A stretch of DNA of 64,000 bases from an uncultured Syntrophobacterales bacterium (lineage in GTDB: Bacteria > Desulfobacterota > Binatia > UBA9968 > JAJDTQ01). The position numbers and the translations under genes were made by a program. Shown here piece after piece: positions 19,615 through 28,260 of the stretch. How positions within the stretch are numbered: position 1 is the stretch's first letter; every line of letters begins with the position of its first letter. Under the pieces are notes generated by a model. That model searched no databases and was not told the DNA's origin. It was given only the letters and a program-made list of their open reading frames with translations. The DNA is taken from assembly GCA_964438895.1 (NCBI GenBank), contig CAYTMJ010000001.1, positions 31,746 to 95,745 on the forward strand, read 5' to 3'.

Positions 19615-20379
19615 GTGAACGAACAGGCGCGCAGAAACCGTTTCTACTACAAGCTCTTCGACCGGCTCGATGCATTCGGCTGCGCGATCTGCAGAATCGT
19701 CATTGAAGACAGCCGCAGCTATCTGGATAGCGTCATCTACGAACGCATCACGGACATCCCCACACGGCTGAGCCTGAGAGAGTCTTTTGGCCTCTGTAAC
19801 CTGCACACCTGGCAACTGCGCGACTTGCCGGCAACCAGCGCTGCAGACCTAGGCTTCGCCATCATCGCGAAGGACCTATTGAGCCGCTTCCAGCACACGG
19901 CCGACAAGCTTGCTGCTAATCAGCGAAGATCCTTAACTAAGTGGCTCGTCCGTGTGCGCTCTCGCCTGCGCGCCGCGTTGAAACGTACTCGTTGCCCCGC
20001 CTGCATACACGCTGCACGCTCTGAATCCGTCCACCTGCAGCAACTGTTGAACCTCCTAGATGACGAGGATTTCGCCAACAAATTTCAGGAATCCTCAGGC
20101 ATCTGCCTCCCCCATTTCCTCCAGGCCGAGGAAACCCAGCTACGCCACGTCCAATTCGAACTACTCCGCGCACTCCAGATCCGCAAAGCACATCACCTCC
20201 ACGAAACCCTCGAACAATTCCTCGAGAAACACGACCACCACGTGCAGGACGACATCACACCCGCAGAAGCAAGGTCATGGATGGACGCAATAGACTTTCT
20301 AAGTGGAAAGCGCGCGTTATTCGGTAGCGAACTGCACCACCCATCACCGAAGCAGTTGTCGAAGCTCTTCGGGCGCTAG
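19615..20379 (+). CDS. Hypothetical protein with duplicated CxxC...G(L/I)CxxH module (4 Cys + 2 His; probable metal-binding)
   Basis: 254 aa. It lies 44 nt downstream of the Moco enzyme on the same strand. Motifs: CAIC..GLCNLH and CPAC..GICLPH. Confidence 0.5.
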   Translation: MNEQARRNRFYYKLFDRLDAFGCAICRIVIEDSRSYLDSVIYERITDIPTRLSLRESFGLCNLHTWQLRDLPATSAADLGFAIIAKDLLSRFQHTADKLAANQRRSLTKWLVRVRSRLRAALKRTRCPACIHAARSESVHLQQLLNLLDDEDFANKFQESSGICLPHFLQAEETQLRHVQFELLRALQIRKAHHLHETLEQFLEKHDHHVQDDITPAEARSWMDAIDFLSGKRALFGSELHHPSPKQLSKLFGR

Positions 20380-20401
20380 GCGGCGTCTCAACGAATCGCG
20401 G

Positions 20402-21265
20402 TTAGTCCGTGGTCCGTGGGTCCAAGATATCCCTCAAACCGTCGCCGATCATGTTGAGGGCGAGGACAACGATGAAGATGGCAGCGCCGGGACCGATGGA
20501 CAGCCAGGGTTGAGTCAAGAGTTGATTGACCCCGTCCCGGATCATGCTACCCCAACTAGGCATCGGGGGCTTCACACCGAGGCCAAGGAAACTCAAGTTG
20601 GCCTCCTGGAGAATAGCCGTAGCGGTCCAGAGACTCGCGACAACTAGGATCTCGTTGGAGATGTTCGGCAACATATGCTTGCAGATAATTCTCAGATCAC
20701 TCATACCAAGAGCCCGAGCCGCCTGAATGAAGTCCCGCTCTCGCATTGAGATGGCAGAGCCGCGAGCGATCCGGGCAAATCTAGGAGTGATAGCAATTGA
20801 GATGGCGACGATGAGATTAAACATCCCAGAGCCTAGTACGGCCAACACCATCAACCCCAGAATTGTCGTAGGGAAAGTCATCAACAGGTCTGTCAGACGG
20901 ACCGTCAGGGTATCGATCACGCCGCCCTTATAACCCGCAACAACGCCAAGAGTACTACCGAACACCAGCGCTATGCCCACCGCCGCCAGCGCGATCCCCA
21001 GGGACACGCGCGCTCCCATGATGATTCGCGACAAAACGTCACGGCCGTAGCTATCGGTTCCCAGCGCGTACACCGGGCCGGGCGGCAGGTCCCCGTGAAC
21101 CACGTTTTGCTGAATGGGATCGAAGGGAACGAGCCACGGCGCGAACAACGCCACCAACAGGATCAGCGAGGTCAAAACAAGACCAAGCAACGTAGTCTTG
21201 TTGCGCCTCATGGCGTGCCACCGCCTCCCGCGGCGGCGTCTGCTGGGTGAGGTCTCAGCAATCAT
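20402..21265 (-). CDS. ABC transporter permease, DppC/OppC family
   Basis: 287 aa with 6 TM segments and the DppC-type EAA loop region. Confidence 0.8.
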   Translation of the reverse strand: MIAETSPSRRRRGRRWHAMRRNKTTLLGLVLTSLILLVALFAPWLVPFDPIQQNVVHGDLPPGPVYALGTDSYGRDVLSRIIMGARVSLGIALAAVGIALVFGSTLGVVAGYKGGVIDTLTVRLTDLLMTFPTTILGLMVLAVLGSGMFNLIVAISIAITPRFARIARGSAISMRERDFIQAARALGMSDLRIICKHMLPNISNEILVVASLWTATAILQEANLSFLGLGVKPPMPSWGSMIRDGVNQLLTQPWLSIGPGAAIFIVVLALNMIGDGLRDILDPRTTD

Positions 21266-21269
21266 GTTT

Positions 21270-22211
21270 TCACTTGTACCTTATTCGCGGATCGATGAAC
21301 GCGTACATCAGATCGGTCAACAAATTCACTAGAACAATGATCCCAGCATAAAACGTCATCACCGCTTGGAGCATCATGTAGTCATGGGTATTGATCCCGC
21401 CCACCATGAGCTTACCAAGACCCGGCCGGTTGAAGACAATGGTGACAAGTATGGAGCTCCCAATGAGTATACCGGTGTAAATGCCTACGACGGAGACCAC
21501 CGGCATCAGCGCATTTCTGAGCGCGTGCTTATACATCACCCAACGCTCCATCAATCCCTTGGCCCGAGCCGTGCGGACATATTCCATATTGATCACCTCA
21601 AGCAAGGCGGATCGTGTCACACGGGTGATGTAGGACATCATCGCCAAGCCCACGCTCAAGGCTGGTAGCACCAAGTGGTGCAAGCGATCCCAGGGATCGC
21701 TCAGGTCGCCCGCGCCAATGATCGGGAAGAGGCGCACCTGGTAGGCGAAGAAAAAGATCAAAAGAATACCGAGATAGAACGACGGGGTGGAGATCCCCGC
21801 AAGCGACAGTATCCTAGCGCAATAGTCGGTCATGGTGTTGCGGCGACGAGCGGTCAGGATCCCTAAGGGAATTCCCAGTAACAGACCAACCGCCAAGCCC
21901 GAGATAGCAAGGTCCAGAGTATAGGGGAGAGCCCTTAATATCTGCGGCAGGATGGGCCGCCGATTGGCCATGGAGAGACCAAGGTCACCCTGCAGCAGAC
22001 CCCAGAAGTAGTCCCCGAACTGGACCCACAGGGATTGGTGCAAACCCCAACTTCGCCGGAACTGTTCCAAGGCTTCGGCTGGCGCCTCATCGCCTAAAAT
22101 GGCATACGCTGGATCTCCCGGGAGGATCCTCATCACCACGAATATGAAGATCATAACCCCCAGCATGGTGGGAATCGCCCAGAGGCTCCTGCGCAAAATG
22201 TAACTAGTCAT
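21270..22211 (-). CDS. ABC transporter permease, DppB/OppB family
   Basis: 313 aa with TM segments and an EAA-like loop (RTARAKGL). Confidence 0.8.
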   Translation of the reverse strand: MTSYILRRSLWAIPTMLGVMIFIFVVMRILPGDPAYAILGDEAPAEALEQFRRSWGLHQSLWVQFGDYFWGLLQGDLGLSMANRRPILPQILRALPYTLDLAISGLAVGLLLGIPLGILTARRRNTMTDYCARILSLAGISTPSFYLGILLIFFFAYQVRLFPIIGAGDLSDPWDRLHHLVLPALSVGLAMMSYITRVTRSALLEVINMEYVRTARAKGLMERWVMYKHALRNALMPVVSVVGIYTGILIGSSILVTIVFNRPGLGKLMVGGINTHDYMMLQAVMTFYAGIIVLVNLLTDLMYAFIDPRIRYK

Positions 22212-22220
22212 TTCTTGAAA

Positions 22221-23351
22221 TCAGTCACTGATGTCCTGCAAAAACCAGCTCAACGGCAACTCGTGCCCTAGACCCCGCGCCCGCGCCCCTTCGTAGGTCT
22301 TGTACGCCGAAGCCGCGAACTGGATCGGTATTCCTTGAGTCACAAAACAGGTGATCTCCTCCGGCGTTGCCCTGCCCTGATAATCACCAAGAATCACATC
22401 GGACAAGAAGACCCTCTTCTCTCTTCCGAGTAACCATTCCTCCCGCCTTAACCACTCCATGTCTATGGGCTCATAGCCCACCGCCGGACGCCGGTCCGGA
22501 TCGGCAACATGATAGTCAGTTCGAGAGGTTCGCGAATAGACATATCGATGGCACCGGCGAAAAACGTCATCGTCGAACTCGTTGGGCAACACCGACAGGA
22601 CATGCATGCCAGGTTCAAGCCAGTCTCCTTTGACCACCGGCTCCAGCGAGTTAGTGCAAGCAGCCACGATGTCCGCACCTTTCATTACCTGACGCGGGTC
22701 GTCCACCGGAACTACTGGAATCCCCAGGTTGGCGCTCGTACGGCCCGCGAAAGCGGCCCGATGTTCCGGGTTAGGGCTGTACACGAGAATCTTTCGGATG
22801 GGCCTCACCTTGGTAATAGCCAGCGCGTGCGCCGTCGCCATCCCTGCGGTACCGTAGAGTCCCAAAACAGTGGCGTCCTCACGCGCCATGTGCTTGACGC
22901 TTATTGCTCCAGCAGCCCCCACCCTCATGTGCTGAATATGGCCATCGTTCATTATAGCCAAAGGCGCGCCATCATCTGTGCTGAAGAGAACGATGAGACC
23001 GCAGAACTTGCCGGGCGCAACACAATACTTCTTCACCTGCGCCCCACCCGACGGAAGGATGTCAGACTTCATCCGGACAGCCAGCGCGCCCATCTTCGGA
23101 AGTGCGGACGCCATGGGGTCCCAAGTGTACCAGCCGTCACCGCTCGGCCTCGGTACTGAATGTGTCGCCCGTGTGGCGGTAGCCCGCCCCAGTCCGTACT
23201 CTTTGTAGGACTCCTCGACAGCACCGATGGTGTCCTCCATGGTGAGTACCTGGGCCGCGGTTACGTTGTCGATGAAGAGCACAGTGCGCTTCGAGATCTC
23301 CCTATCAGCCTCCGCGTTGCCGCTGTAGGTAACATACGCATCGTTATCCAT
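22221..23351 (-). CDS. Ornithine cyclodeaminase / mu-crystallin family protein
   Basis: 376 aa. Rossmann-like segment LGLYGTAGMA and the overall OCD_Mu_crystallin pattern. Confidence 0.7.
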   Translation of the reverse strand: MDNDAYVTYSGNAEADREISKRTVLFIDNVTAAQVLTMEDTIGAVEESYKEYGLGRATATRATHSVPRPSGDGWYTWDPMASALPKMGALAVRMKSDILPSGGAQVKKYCVAPGKFCGLIVLFSTDDGAPLAIMNDGHIQHMRVGAAGAISVKHMAREDATVLGLYGTAGMATAHALAITKVRPIRKILVYSPNPEHRAAFAGRTSANLGIPVVPVDDPRQVMKGADIVAACTNSLEPVVKGDWLEPGMHVLSVLPNEFDDDVFRRCHRYVYSRTSRTDYHVADPDRRPAVGYEPIDMEWLRREEWLLGREKRVFLSDVILGDYQGRATPEEITCFVTQGIPIQFAASAYKTYEGARARGLGHELPLSWFLQDISD

Positions 23352-23363
23352 GGAGCCAGACCA

Positions 23364-24935
23364 CTAAGTCAACTTGGCATTCCACTTCACCGGAACGCAG
23401 ATACATAGATCGTCCTTCATCTTGAAGCCAATGTCGACATTGGACTTCCGGGCATAAACGTTCTTAATCTCGTGGGTCGGCAAAGCCGCCAAATCTTCCA
23501 GAATCTTGACCTGGGCGTCCTCCCAAAGTTTTATCTGTGCGCCCGGATCCATCTCGGACTTAGCCTTTTGAATATACGGGTCCGCCCCATCGAAATGGGA
23601 GAAGTTCCTTTTTGCCCCTTTAGCGAAGAACTCCTCAAGGATGAAATTCGCAGTCGGGAAGCGGGTGGCTGCACGCAGAACCAGTGGGTTACTCCCCTCA
23701 TCGTTCTTCTTGTGCCAGGCGGGATGGGCGATCACGTTCAGGTTGACATTAATACCCACCTGCCGCAGCTGGTTCTGAAGCACCTCGAAGGCGCGTCGGA
23801 ACATAGGCTTTTCACTGATGAAGACTGGGTCTAGCGTGAACCCCTTGGGAAGACCGGCATCCGCTAACAACTGCTTTGCCTTTTCTGGATTGTGGTCGTA
23901 CCGAAGTTCCGCGGGTATGTTCTTCAACGCGCCAACAAAAGTGGGCGGAATCACCGTGAGGAGAGGTGCCGACAAGTCGGGGCCAATGAAACGAACAAGC
24001 GCCTCGCGGTTGATGGCATGAGCGATGGCTTTGCGCACCCTGAGGTCGTTCAGGGGTTTGCGGTTCCGATTCATGTGGAGCTTAAAGGTCGTAGACGGCC
24101 CGAAAGACTCTACGACAACGCCCGGGCCCTTCACCTGGTCAACGGCCCGCTGTTCCCTCACCACCTCGATGATGTGAAGTTCTCCAGCTTTGAAAGCAAG
24201 ACTCCGGCTACTGGAGTCTGGCAGAAAACGGAAATTGATCTGCCGGATATTAGGCTTCCCCCGGTAGTAGTTATCGTTTCGAACCAGCACCAGCCGTTCC
24301 TGGGGTACGTGCTCCTTGAAGGCAAACGGGCCGGTGCCGATGGGATGGGTCTTGATCTTGTCACCGAGCTTCTCCGCGGCCTTTCGGCTCATGATCATAC
24401 CCGCCTGCCACCCGAGCAGATTAGGAAGCAACAACAGTTTGCTTTGAGGTGTCTTGAGGGTGATTCGAACCGTATTCTTGTCAAGCGCTTTCACGTCGTC
24501 GAATTGCTTGTAGAACTTGGCATAGATACTAGTCTTCTTGCTCCTGGCACGGTTCAGCGAGAACACCACATCGTCGGCCGTGAACTCACCGTAGCCACCG
24601 TGGAACTCCACTCCCTCTCTCAGCTTGAAGGTCCAGGCCTTGAGATCGCTGGAAGGCTCCCAGCTCTCCGCCAGATCAGGCTCGAACCTTTCCGCGTTAA
24701 CCTCTCCAGGCACCGGCCGCACGAGTCCCCGGTACACGTGCTCCAGAATGGTCTTGTCCGTGGAGTTGGGACCACCCATGGGGTCGAGACGCCGGATATC
24801 AGCCGCGCCCAACCCATACTCAATGACATCTCCGTCCGCGCTCATGGCAAACGGGCTCAGCGCACTCAAGCCGATAGCTGTGCCACCAATGACCCCCACG
24901 CCCTTAAGAAACATCCGCCGATCAAATTCTCTCAT
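23364..24935 (-). CDS. ABC transporter substrate-binding protein, family 5 (peptide/nickel/opine type), Tat signal
   Basis: 523 aa. The N-terminus RRMFLKGVGVIGGTAIGLSA is a twin-arginine signal. The rest matches the SBP_bac_5 profile. Confidence 0.8.
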   Translation of the reverse strand: MREFDRRMFLKGVGVIGGTAIGLSALSPFAMSADGDVIEYGLGAADIRRLDPMGGPNSTDKTILEHVYRGLVRPVPGEVNAERFEPDLAESWEPSSDLKAWTFKLREGVEFHGGYGEFTADDVVFSLNRARSKKTSIYAKFYKQFDDVKALDKNTVRITLKTPQSKLLLLPNLLGWQAGMIMSRKAAEKLGDKIKTHPIGTGPFAFKEHVPQERLVLVRNDNYYRGKPNIRQINFRFLPDSSSRSLAFKAGELHIIEVVREQRAVDQVKGPGVVVESFGPSTTFKLHMNRNRKPLNDLRVRKAIAHAINREALVRFIGPDLSAPLLTVIPPTFVGALKNIPAELRYDHNPEKAKQLLADAGLPKGFTLDPVFISEKPMFRRAFEVLQNQLRQVGINVNLNVIAHPAWHKKNDEGSNPLVLRAATRFPTANFILEEFFAKGAKRNFSHFDGADPYIQKAKSEMDPGAQIKLWEDAQVKILEDLAALPTHEIKNVYARKSNVDIGFKMKDDLCICVPVKWNAKLT

Positions 24936-25177
24936 GATCCGTCCGTCCTTCCCTTGTTAGTATCTGTCCAGCTCTGGAGCTAGTGTCAATCTAGCGCCGC
25001 GTTTTGTTTTCCGCTATAGGTTCACTGTGCTCTGATTTGCTATGCTGGATTCCAGTTCCTGAACCTGATTAAACGGAGAGTTATCAAAGGCGGTATAAGA
25101 ATGTCAACGGCCTCCCTCACTCCTAGGTTCCAAATCGCCCAACACACGCCCCAGCTCTGGGCAACGAGGATTTACGC

Positions 25178-25411
25178 GTGATACGAGTAGACCCCCATAA
25201 ATGCGACGGTTGCGGCATCTGTGTCTACGACTGCGGTGCCGACGTATTCCGCTTTACCAACAAGAAGGATAAGGTCTTTCCGTTCGGGAACAAATATTGC
25301 GTGAACTGTTTCCTATGCGAGCTCGTCTGCCCGGAAGACGCCATCGAGGTGGTACTGCGGCCCAAAAAGAAGCGGGCCCCCGCCACTGTCAAACCGGATG
25401 CGAGTTCCTGA
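25178..25411 (+). CDS. 2x[4Fe-4S] ferredoxin
   Basis: 77 aa. Cluster motifs CDGCGICVYDC and CVNCFLCELVCP. It is translationally coupled (8-nt gap) to the downstream flavoprotein. Confidence 0.75.
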   Translation: MIRVDPHKCDGCGICVYDCGADVFRFTNKKDKVFPFGNKYCVNCFLCELVCPEDAIEVVLRPKKKRAPATVKPDASS

Positions 25412-25418
25412 GTAGGAC

Positions 25419-27095
25419 ATGAGTGAACCCATCCAAACCACCGACTGCGACGTTCTGATCATTGGCGGAGGACTGGCTGCGTGCATGGCTGCACTGGAGG
25501 CGTCGAAGCGAAACATGAACGTGATCCTAGTTGACAAGGGGCGACTCGGCCGCAGCGGTTCCAGTCCTACCTCCGGCGGAGTGCCTCAGGCAGCCTTCGC
25601 CCACGCCGACCCCCGGGACAGTAAGGACATGCACTTCCGAGACACCGTTGTCGGCGGCGATTTCATTCCCAATCAAAAAATAGTCCGAGCCATTGTCGAC
25701 GAGGTCACCGACCGGGTCATCGAATTAGAAGAGATGGGGTTACTGTTCAAGAAGACCCCGGACGGTGCACAGTTCTACCAGGAAAAGCGTCTTGGTAGCT
25801 CCTACGCACGCAGCTGTCCACCGGTCGGCGGTAGCGTAGGGATGCTGGGTTCGCTTCGCAAGGAGGTCTTCAACCGTGAAGTCCAGGTACACCAATGGAC
25901 CATGGTCACCAAGCTCCTACAGGAAAACGGCCGAATCACCGGAGCCTTTGGCATCAACGTACAGAAGGGTACTTACCACGCGTTCCGCGCCCGCGCCGTA
26001 GTACTTGCTGCGGGTAGCGCCATCTCCATCCAGAAGTATACCAGCGCCAACTTTCTGACCACAGGTGATGCCTACGTGGCAGCGTTCGACATCGGGGCGC
26101 CTTTAGCCAACCTGGAGTTCCTGGAATTCACGCTGATTCCGGCGCCTGGAGGCGAGGCCATCTCCATGGCTGGCCTGTCCCCATTTACCAGCAAGGGCGG
26201 CCGCTTCTTCAATTCATTAGGCGAGCGGTTCCTAGAGAAATACGACCCGGACCGGCTAGAGGGCACCACCCGTGCCATACTCGTTGGCGCCACATACAAG
26301 GAAATGCTCGAAGGGCGCGGGCCCGTGTACATGGACCCATCCTTCATCCCGGACGAGAAATGGGATGACGAAATCAGCTTCGAATACAGTCCCAAGCTCG
26401 GCAAGGCAGGCGTCAACTGCCGCTACGATCGTTTCGAGTGGGTTCCGGCCTTGCACACCTTCCTGGGCGGACTCGATATCAACGAACGTTGCGAGGTCCC
26501 CGGGGTAGACGGATTGTACGCATCAGGCGAGTCGGCCACGGGTACCCACGGTTCGAACCGACTGTCCGGCAATGCCATCGCGAGCTGCTTCGCGCTGGGC
26601 GCCCGGTCCGGCAAGTACGCAGCCATCTTCGGAGCAGACGCCGAGTTGGGCGAATTGGACGCGGACGGAATCGCCCTTGAAGTCTCCAGAATCGAAGCCT
26701 TCAAGGGCGATTCCGGATTGGATCCCGGCGAAGTGGCACAAGAAATCAAAGAAGTCGCGTGGGAGAGCACCGGCGTGGTCCGAAACGAGCGCGGGTTGGT
26801 CAACGGACTGGAGCGCTTCCGCGAGATCCGTCGCGATATGGTCCCCCGGATCAAGGCCAACAACCTCCGTGACCTCATTAGCTCCCTCGAGTGTTCCAAT
26901 CTGTCTTGGGTTGGTGAGATGGTCGCCGCCTGCGCACTAGAACGCAGGGAATCCCGCGGACAACACGCCCGTGAAGACTATCCCGAAAAGGACGATAAAA
27001 ACTGCCTCAACTGGATCACGGTACAGAAGAATGGCGACCAGGTAACACCGGTGATCAAGCCGATTCCGTTCGACGAAGGGGATTTGAAACCCTGA
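25419..27095 (+). CDS. FAD-dependent oxidoreductase, SdhA/FrdA/NadB/AprA flavoprotein family
   Basis: 558 aa. N-terminal FAD fold DVLIIGGGLAAC. The C-terminal signature RESRGQHAREDYPEKDD is present. No His at the covalent-FAD position (RSGSSPTSGG). Confidence 0.8.
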   Translation: MSEPIQTTDCDVLIIGGGLAACMAALEASKRNMNVILVDKGRLGRSGSSPTSGGVPQAAFAHADPRDSKDMHFRDTVVGGDFIPNQKIVRAIVDEVTDRVIELEEMGLLFKKTPDGAQFYQEKRLGSSYARSCPPVGGSVGMLGSLRKEVFNREVQVHQWTMVTKLLQENGRITGAFGINVQKGTYHAFRARAVVLAAGSAISIQKYTSANFLTTGDAYVAAFDIGAPLANLEFLEFTLIPAPGGEAISMAGLSPFTSKGGRFFNSLGERFLEKYDPDRLEGTTRAILVGATYKEMLEGRGPVYMDPSFIPDEKWDDEISFEYSPKLGKAGVNCRYDRFEWVPALHTFLGGLDINERCEVPGVDGLYASGESATGTHGSNRLSGNAIASCFALGARSGKYAAIFGADAELGELDADGIALEVSRIEAFKGDSGLDPGEVAQEIKEVAWESTGVVRNERGLVNGLERFREIRRDMVPRIKANNLRDLISSLECSNLSWVGEMVAACALERRESRGQHAREDYPEKDDKNCLNWITVQKNGDQVTPVIKPIPFDEGDLKP

Positions 27096-27192
27096 ACGTT
27101 GAGCAAACTACCAACCAACCCCAATCCGACCCGGCGGGATTCAATTTTCCCCAATGCGCGAGTGCTGCGCACTTCCCGAGCCTACACCGCCC

Positions 27193-28200
27193 TCAGACAC
27201 TTGGCAGTACGGCGGCTCCGAACAATTCCATGGCATCCAGAATGTCCTTCTGTTTCAACCCCGGGGTCCAGTCAAATCGCAACAGCAGCAGATCAGGCTC
27301 GAGGAAATCCTCGTAGGAACGGATCTCCTCAATGCAATCGTCGGGGGAGCCGAGAATGAAGCGGTGGCGTGCCAGGCGATCGAAGTCCCAGGTGAGTTCG
27401 TCCGGATTGGTCATGGCTTCGTCCTGGCCCCACTTAACGTATACATCGCGGTAGAGTTTGTCGAGGCAGGGACGCGCCTTAGCGACTGCCTCTTCCCGCG
27501 TAGGGGCGACAAAACATTCCCGGACCATGACGAGGGCCCCCGTACCGGGCTTCCCGGTGTCCTTCCAGGCCTGGCGGAACAGCGCTGTCTGGTCCTTTAA
27601 CTCCTCGATAGCCGAATGAGGTCCCACTAGCCAGCCATCACTGATATAGGCGGCACGCCGCACCCCCTTGTCACCGTTGGCAGCCACCCAGACTGGCGGC
27701 CGTGGCTTTTGTATTGGACGCGGCGCGATGGTCACATCCTTCAACTGGAACATCTTGCCCGAAAATGAAACGTGCTCCTCGGTCCACAGCCGTTGGACCA
27801 CCTCCACGCCTTCGACGAAGCGGTGAAAACGTTGTTCCTTGGTAAGATTGAAGGCGTCCAGTTCCTGCTGGCGATAGCCGAGGCCGAACGAGAAGAAAGA
27901 GCGCCCTTCGTTCATGACATCAATGGTAGCTAGCTCCTTAGCGATGACCACCGGATCGTGGAGACCAAGAAGCGTGGTAGCAGTACCGACCCCGGCTCTC
28001 TTGGCCTCGGCACAGAGCCGCCCTAGCAACGGCACTTGGTGGAGCCGCTGGAAACCGGAGATGTTGTAGTGCTGACCCATTGTGATAGCCTCAAAACCGG
28101 CGTCGTCAGCCACCCTGGTCTGTTCCACCAGCGCGGGCAAAAGGGTCTCGGGGGGTTTATCAATAGACACCTGGGGATTGAGTTGGATACCTATTTTCAT
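27193..28200 (-). CDS. Luciferase-like (LLM-class) flavin-dependent oxidoreductase
   Basis: 335 aa with a TIM-barrel LLM pattern (MKIGIQL..., GFEAITMGQHY). Confidence 0.8.
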   Translation of the reverse strand: MKIGIQLNPQVSIDKPPETLLPALVEQTRVADDAGFEAITMGQHYNISGFQRLHQVPLLGRLCAEAKRAGVGTATTLLGLHDPVVIAKELATIDVMNEGRSFFSFGLGYRQQELDAFNLTKEQRFHRFVEGVEVVQRLWTEEHVSFSGKMFQLKDVTIAPRPIQKPRPPVWVAANGDKGVRRAAYISDGWLVGPHSAIEELKDQTALFRQAWKDTGKPGTGALVMVRECFVAPTREEAVAKARPCLDKLYRDVYVKWGQDEAMTNPDELTWDFDRLARHRFILGSPDDCIEEIRSYEDFLEPDLLLLRFDWTPGLKQKDILDAMELFGAAVLPSV

Positions 28201-28260
28201 GTCTGGCTCCTATGTCTGTCTTTTAGGTGTTTTGGGCACGAGCGTTTTTGAAACCAGCCC

